This document shows positions 9,157 to 15,164 of a DNA stretch of 15,164 bases, one piece after another. The translations under genes were made by a program, and so were the position numbers. Each line of letters opens with the position of its first letter. Position 1 is the stretch's first letter. The notes below the pieces were generated by a model. That model searched no databases and was not told the origin of the DNA. It saw nothing but the letters and a program-made list of their open reading frames with translations. Source of the DNA: Vitrella brassicaformis CCMP3155 (taxonomy: Eukaryota; Protista; Chromerida); NCBI GenBank assembly GCA_001179505.1, contig CDMY01000856.1, positions 1 through 15,164 of the forward strand, written 5' to 3'.

Positions 9157-10914
9157 TGCGTGTGTGTGTCTCATGCCTTACCCAGCAGAGCATGAAGGCG
9201 AAGAGGGGCACCAGATTGTCAGCGTCGATCAGCCGTGTGGCCGATGCAGCGGTGAGCATGTTGTCACTGGAGCCCCCCTCGGTCCGTCGCGCCTCCTGCA
9301 CGTCAACCTCTATCTGACGCGCCACCCCTTGCAGCGCCGCCAGCTTCTGTCCTGGCGTGTCCAGGTGCGAAAGAGTCCCCAGCAGCCTGCATTGCATGAA
9401 GGTGCCAAACAGAGAGAGAGACACACAATGGTCACTGACGGCCGCCGTGCACGACCAATCTGTCACCAAATCGCGTTGGCAAAGGGCAAAGCGATCCCGC
9501 TGTGGGGCGGAGCAGGGGGCGCATGTCTTTTCACGCCCACACCACCACCAGCTCCACCAGCAGCTGGTGCAGCAGCAGCCGACTGTGGCGCAACAACAGG
9601 ACTCAGCAGGTTCTTCCGCAGATGGCTGTCCGCTCTCGGCCGCACAAACACCTTGTTCCTTCGCCAGTTCTTGCGCATGAGCGGAGAGGTGTCCTGGCTG
9701 CAGATGGATGCGGCGAGCGACTTCTGATGCGCGTAGGCGTGTGGGATGTGTGGGGTGAGGAGGGGCAGCGGGGAGGCGACGATGTCCTGCCAGAGGGGAG
9801 GAGCGGGGCCTGGCGAGGACGGCGGGACGCAGAAGTGGGGGTCCACCCCACAGGCCTCCGGCGAGGTGAAGAGACATGACGCTGCACACACAGGCGAGAG
9901 GGGTAGAGGGGCAGGTCCATCCGGCATCAGGCTTCAAAGCCTGCACACCTTGCTGCAGCGTCTCCTGTGTCTTCTCGTCTTCACTCAAATACGCCTCCCG
10001 ATACAGTGACACGACCTGAGAAGAAAGCACATTCCACAGAAGGCCGCCGTGATGTTCCTTCCTCGGGAGTATGTGTGTTGCGGCTCGCCTTTCGGCCGCC
10101 GGGTGTGGTAAAGAAATACGACACCAGCACCCTCATGGCACGGTCCTTCTTGCCCGTCGTCAGGTGGAATGGGAACGACGAGGCATACAGCCGCAAGAAG
10201 GCTCCATGCATGACGGCCAGGTGCCCCTTGACCCTTCCCACCAGACGGTCCAGGAACCGGCGTCTCTCCCCGGCCTCCTGCTGCCCCGCCTCCTCTTTCT
10301 TCTCTGAAGTCACGATGATCTTGGCTCGCTCATGCCGCTGCACCAGCGTCAGAATGTCGTCACTGGCGGCCTGCATCAGCTGGTGGATGGGGTGGGCCAT
10401 GCAGCTGATCCACGCAAGCATCACTTGCATACAGAAATCAGCGGGCGTCATCATCCCACACCACACCCTGCCGCTCTCGAGAGCCATTGCCAGGCCGGCA
10501 GCGAACTGGGAAGCCGCCAAGGCGGCACTCACCCACAAGGCCTCGGCATATGGAGTGCCTGCAGCCAGCCACACAAAGACGCATCGCATCCATACAAAGC
10601 TCTGTCAGACATCCCCCACACCCGCCTAGTATCACGTCACTTACACTCCACAATGCTCCGTGCAGTCCACTTTCGCTCGAGGTACTCTAAAGATGTCGCC
10701 CACGAAGAGGCAGGTGGGCGCATGCATGGCAATCAGCCTGTCTGAACGGCTCTGCATACCTACCTCGCCACGAGCTCGTGTGGAGGGCCCGGGCATTCAA
10801 CGACGATGACTGATGGGGCGCATGGCACCTCCGCTTGAGCTTGTCGATGTACTCCTTACAGGGCCTGGGCCAGCCCCATTTCTTGTTCTTGCGCTTGGGT
10901 AAGATATTCCCCAT
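8815..10914 (-). CDS. VPS9-domain protein (VPS9D1-like Rab5-family guanine nucleotide exchange factor)
   Basis: Well-supported 3' exons (minus): ..-10089, 10015-9949, 9881-9467, 9386-9182, 9054-8977, 8904-8815. The spliced VPS9 core reads PFANAIWLLGTLSHLDTPGQKL...IDADNLVPLFAFML...IVSDCALMTSFVTESQNKSEEGYLRSTLWAALEWI, with the A-D-x-x-x-P aspartate finger and the E-G-Y motif. The probable start is ATG at 10914 (MGNILPKRKNKK). Exon structure between ~10830 and ~10380 and the exact stop are not resolved. Confidence 0.8.
9071..9169. repeat. Compound microsatellite (CAGG)n ... (TC)n(TG)n in VPS9 gene intron 9181-9055
   Basis: (CAGG)n at ~9071-9094, (TC)10 at 9119-9138, imperfect (TG)n at 9139-9169. 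Confidence 0.95.
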
Positions 10915-11295
10915 CTGTTCTTTCGGGGAGAGAGCTGAGGGAGAAGTGGGGCCGGCTGTGGGGGCAAGGATTGGTTTCACGATCGCTCTACCCCACTGAC
11001 GGCGCGTGTTTCTGGGGTGGGACGTTTCGTTCGTGCCAATCGTGAGGAAAAGTACTTGACTTGACGCCTGACGCACCTTACTGCCTACGCGTGTCTGTCC
11101 GGGACAAACTGACGTATACACTCACTCATGAAATAAAAACCACTCAATGACAGACACCACACAACACAACGCGAGAATAAACATGACTACGCTACGCTCC
11201 AACCAAAAATACCTTGACGTACACTGACTCACTCAGCTGGCAATGGTCTGTCTCACTGTGACTAATACGCTCTACATAGCGGCATTCGCGTTAGC

Positions 11296-14200
11296 TTATT
11301 CTGTGCCTTTCCAGTGGAGCCGTGCCAGCACTGCAGNNNNNNNNNNNNNNNNNNNNNNNNNNNNNNNNNNNNNNNNNNNNNNNNNNNNNNNNNNNNNNNN
11401 NNNNNNNNNNNNNNNNNNNNNNNNNNNNNNNNNNNNNNNNNNNNNNNNNNNNNNNNNNNNNNNNNNNNNNNNNNNNNNNNNNNNNNNNNNNNNNNNNNNN
11501 NNNNNNNNNNNNNNNNNNNNNNNNNNNNNNNNNNNNNNNNNNNNNNNNNNNNNNNNNNNNNNNNNNNNNNNNNNNNNNNNNNNNNNNNNNNNNNNNNNNN
11601 NNNNNNNNNNNNNNNNNNNNNNNNNNNNNNNNNNNNGCGCTTCGTCGAGCCGACGATCCTTTGTCCACCGCCCACGCAGCGATGGCGGGATCTCGCTCAC
11701 CTGGGAAAACTGCACACAACACAACACACGCAATCAACGAATGCCATGCACGCACCAACCGTATGTATCGTCTGGTCTGGTTGTTGTTGGTGTGCCCTGC
11801 CCGTGCTTCCACACCGACCTTGATTTGTATGTGCGATCGGTGCAGCCGCAGCGAGCCGAGGTCCAGCTCAGCAAAGCCGGCGAAGCCCTTGGAGTACCAC
11901 GACCCCACCACCACCCGCCCGTTGTCGCGCGTCACCCTCAGCGCCCCGTCCAGCGCTGTCGGCCGCCCACTCACCTCTATCACACAGTCGAAGGGGCTGG
12001 GTGGGTCGTGGGCAGAAGAAGGGGCCAGCACCGCAGACGCACCGGCCTCTCTCGCGAGACGGCGCCTTTGCTCGGAGGGGTCGATGGCCGTCACGTGCCA
12101 GCGTTGGCGAGCCAGCAGATAGGTCACCAGCAGGCCTATCAGGCCCTGGCCAAACACGGCCACCTGCTCACCTGCAAGACATCCACACACACACACACAC
12201 ACACATATGCCAGGAGCCTCCCTCTAATCTCTATAGATCTGTCTCCTCATTGCCCACCCACCTGGCACAGGGCTGGCGTCCTGCAGTAGCGAGAGTGCGG
12301 TCTCCATTGCCGGCAGGAAGATGGCGTCGTCCACGGGCACGTCGGGGGGCAGCCGTGTGCACGACGACAGCGGCACGATCGCCCTCTCCTCGTGAGAGTG
12401 AAACGCAAAGACCTTCTGGCCCAGCCACGACAACCGGTCCACGCCAGAGCCACACCTGAATGGAGAAGGAGAATTTCCACTCATAGCTGACGTGCGATCG
12501 TGAATGTGAAGGTCGCCCGCCTCGCCCACCTGACGCATTTGCCGGCGAGGGAGTAGCCGTATGTGAGTGGGTATCTGAGCGGCGTGGCCGTCATGCCCTC
12601 GATGGCTGTGTCCAGCGGCTCGCCCTCGATGAAGTCGCCCTGGTAGACCTTGAGCTCCGTCCCGCTGCTGATCAACGAATAGGCCGACTCCACCTCCACC
12701 TGCAGGCATCGCATCCACACACCAAATGTGTGGTGGTGGAGTGCAATGGGTTTGTGGGTGGCGGGCGGGGCTTACGTGTCCTGGGGGCACTTTGGTGGCT
12801 TGGGGCCGGTCTCTGAGCTCTACCCGCGAGGGGCCGCTGAAGACCACCTGGCGGCTGGGAAAGGCAGCCGCCACATCTGAGTACACACACACACACACAG
12901 AGACACATCATGGGTTCATTCACACGCGTGTGAGCGTCTGTCTATCCACATACATCCATACCGGCGGGCAGTGTGCCGAGAATGTCGACGTTTTTGACCT
13001 GAACTGTGGACTGTTTGTCGGTGTGGTGCTTGACCCATGCTGGCAGGTCCCAGTGGGGCAGCAGCTCGCAGCTCTTGAGCGCACCCATGGCCAAGAACGA
13101 CATCAGACACTGCCACATGTACTTATGGTCCGCGAACGGCACCGACCACTCCGACGCACCTAAACGAACCACACCCACACACCCATATGGGGGCTGTCCA
13201 TCCATCCATCCATCCAGTTGACCTCACCCTGCATCATGATTTGCCCTTTTCGCGATTCGATGGCCCTGACGAGCTTGGAGGGGTCGGTCGATTGGCCCTC
13301 TCTCCTCAGGTGCTCGTGGTACAGACTCACCACCTGCCGGTCGGTCGGCAGCGCCCCGCCGCCGAAGAACGGCGGGTCAAATATCGTCCTGCCGGCGTAG
13401 GTGATCGGCATGTACAAGAGCGCCCCTGCACACGCACACACACACTCGTGCATATGTGTCGACGTGTGTGGCAGGGCAGGGTCCCTACATACCTCGTGCG
13501 ATCCTAGTGAGGTGGTTGATGAGCACGTCCTGGTCCATCAGGTCGGCGAAGGAGCACCCCAAGACGACGTCGAAGCCGTGCTGCCCATCAGCCGTGTCGA
13601 GAAGGTCGCCCTCCACCAGCACCAGGTAGATAGTGCCGCCGCCCCGGTCGGCCTTGCGGTAGACGCGCTCCCGAGGATGGAAGCCGAAGCTCTCATCGAC
13701 CTCCTCGAACCCCATCAGCTCGGTGGCACTCTCGCGATTGGCCTGACACAGACAGACACAGCCAGAGAGCATGCTAGTGTCTGTCGCTTGCAGGCTTGTG
13801 TGTGGTCTCTCTCGTTGTCTGTCTGACCTGCATCACGGCGCGTGAGGTGTCGACGGCAACGTAGACGAGCGCGTCGCCCCGGCCCTTCCACTGATGCCCC
13901 TCCCATAGGCCCAGCACCCGCACCAGCATGCCCAGCGTCCCCGCCCCCACATCCAGCACCCTCACGCCGCAATCCCTCGGCTCCTTCTCGCGGAACCTCG
14001 CCACGAAGGCCTCCCACGTGTCTTCGTTGAAGGCGTGGCAGTCGATGGCCTTCTTGGCGGAGAGGTAAGCGAGCGGGTCGAAGTGGAAGGTGGATTGGGG
14101 CGGGGCGCACTTGATGAGGGACGCTAGGGACTGCTCGAGGGTGGATGGAGAGGTGGGGAGAGGGGTCAGGGACACGCCTGAAACAACAGGACGATGTGCG

Positions 14201-15164
14201 TTTGTCTGTCTATCCGAGTGGGTGGGTACCTTTGATGGCATGTGAGATGGCCCGCACGCTGCTGTCGATGACTTCAGGGTCATCAATCACCACCAGCTCC
14301 TTCTCCCCCCCTCCCAGCACCTTCCACGCCTCCCGCAGCCTCTCATACTGAGGCCCCCTGCCGCCCTCGCCGATAAACGCCTCACCCCCCACCATCATGA
14401 CGCCCCCCCTGCCCGGCATCACAATGCGCGACACCATCGAAGATGGAAAACACCGTGAGTAGAAGAGCATGTGCCCGGGGGAGGTCCACCGCAAGAGGTC
14501 CCTGATCCACCTTGGCGTGGCGCCTTCGCTCGCCATGTGCTGCCACCCTGTCGGCGTAGTGCTTTCCTTCCGGCCGTCCCTGTCGTCTGTCTGCCCGCTG
14601 AGTCGCGCAGTCTCCTTGTTGAGGAGGTATGCCGTGAGCTCCTTCTCGATCGCCGCCCAGCCGCCCCTCTCCTTGCTGTCGAGACACCGCCGCACAATGG
14701 CTTTCACCTCAGCCGACGCGATCAGGTCCACATTGAAGGCGATCGGTGGCAGGAGGGCGGCAGCTCCTGATTGGGGGGTGTCCAGCGGGCCCTCGAATGA
14801 CGCGGAGGTGGCGAGTGGGTCGGGGCCGTCGGAGAGGGTGATGGTGAGCGACGAGAGGGGCTCGGGAGGGCTCTGTCGGTCTGCTGGCGGGAGGGCCAGA
14901 TATGCGGAACGGACTCTCTCCCACAAGTAGCGTGACAGCTGCAGCAATAGAGGAAGAAACATATTTATTTATGGAGGGGAGGGAAGGCAATCGCGCCTGT
15001 CTGCCTGCCTGCCTGCCTGCCTGCCTGGCCTTTGCTCGCTGACTGACCATTTCCAGCGTCCAGTTCTCCCCCTTCATGGCTTCGATCTCCTCCAAGTTGC
15101 GGTAGGCCAGCCCCCCCACCGCCTCACCCAGCAAAGCCTGACACATCCCAATATCGACCAGGAA
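11296..15164 (-). CDS. Multidomain fusion enzyme (5'-truncated by window edge): PTPS/QueD-like T-fold + degenerate HAD-like + class I SAM methyltransferase + MDR (cd08255/BchC-like) dehydrogenase
   Basis: Exons (minus): 15164-15048, 14938-14230, 14177-13828, 13742-13493, 13425-13228, 13159-12962, 12876-12776, 12699-12530, 12455-12262, 12171-11819, 11709-11637(gap). All 10 introns are GT-AG and phase-compatible, giving ~904 stop-free codons. The probable stop lies after the gap at 11296 (..VLARLHWKGTE*) or 11262. Confidence 0.8.
11337..11636. other. Assembly gap (300 N)
   Basis: Run of N from 11337 to 11636. Confidence 0.99.
11637..12876 (-). other. Domain: medium-chain dehydrogenase/reductase, cd08255 (BchC-like) type
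   Basis: VVFSGPSRVEL, SLISSGTELKVYQG, YPLTYGYSLAG, LGQKVFAFHSHE, AMETAL, Rossmann motif VAVFGQGLIG, FDCVIEVSGRPTALDGA, GRVVVGSWY, LHRSHIQIKFSQVSEI..LRGRWTKDRR. Confidence 0.88.
12184..12205. repeat. (CA)n microsatellite in fusion-gene intron 12261-12172
   Basis: About 11 CA units; a similar tract lies at 12883-12899 in intron 12961-12877. Confidence 0.95.
12962..14095 (-). other. Domain: class I SAM-dependent methyltransferase
   Basis: YLSAKKAIDCHAFN, motif I VLDVGAGTLGM, YVAVD, FDVVLGCSFADLMD, GGALLYMPITYAGRTIFDP, GASEWSV and C-terminal NVDILG. This resembles the methyltransferase subfamily of prokaryotic PTPS/dehydrogenase/glycosyltransferase clusters (YLxAKxxVDDRALN; GxSDWVV), from memory. 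Confidence 0.8.
14780..15164 (-). other. Domain: C-terminal half of a 6-pyruvoyl-tetrahydropterin synthase / QueD (COG0720)-like T-fold domain
   Basis: FLVDIGMCQALLGEAVGGLAYRNLEEIEAMKGENWTLEMLSRYLWERV...LSSLTITLSDGPDPLATSASFEGPL aligns by eye with the actinobacterial COG0720 pattern VVDIG..L...L.YRNLD.....G.NT(S/T)xE.LA......L...L.VTL.ES..AWASYE. Confidence 0.7.
15001..15026. repeat. (CTGC)n microsatellite in fusion-gene intron 15047-14939
   Basis: ctgcctgcctgcctgcctgcctgcct. Confidence 0.95.

Noticed and set aside
8846-10629. Long plus-strand ORFs (293 aa at 8846-9727, 220 aa at 9967-10629)
   Set aside because: They translate microsatellites (SLSLSVCVCV) and are antisense to the VPS9 exons.
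11243-12289. ORFs spanning the N-run (348, 303, 266 aa and others)
   Set aside because: Artefacts of reading through 300 Ns; only the minus-strand dehydrogenase exons are supported.
15048-15164. Initial idea that GGLAYRNLEEIEAMKGENWTLEM is the start of a GT4 glycosyltransferase (GGYxYD motif)
   Set aside because: After splicing to 14938, the VDIG, YRNL, TxE and final-strand pattern fits COG0720 much better, and no GT4 E-x7-E motif follows.
1-15164. CRISPR array, tRNA/rRNA, transposon or prophage
   Set aside because: No regularly spaced repeats with spacers, no cloverleaf or rRNA-like segments, and no transposase/RT motifs or terminal repeats seen. Repeats are simple intronic microsatellites.

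Overview
Intron-rich, GC-rich eukaryotic genomic DNA. Many short (about 45-110 nt) spliceosomal introns with CA/TG/CAGG microsatellites suggest a chromerid-like alveolate such as Vitrella (inference only). Manual splicing gives four protein-coding genes. (1) A WDR93-like WD40 protein, minus strand, ~343-3981. (2) Head-to-head with it, an RRP6L3-type DEDDy 3'-5' exonuclease with HRDC and EXD2-like HNH/zinc domains, plus strand, ~4014/4113-8407. (3) A VPS9D1-like Rab5-family GEF, minus strand, ~8815-10914. (4) The 3' part of a large minus-strand multidomain gene running in from the right edge (15164 to ~11296, with a 300-N gap at 11337-11636). Across 10 phase-compatible introns gene 4 joins a PTPS/QueD (COG0720)-like T-fold domain, a degenerate HAD-like segment, a class I SAM methyltransferase and a zinc-less MDR dehydrogenase in one reading frame. 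These resemble enzymes I recall as separate neighbouring genes in an uncharacterised actinobacterial/haloarchaeal pterin-type cluster, which makes gene 4 the most interesting element. All homology calls come from remembered motifs, not database searches.
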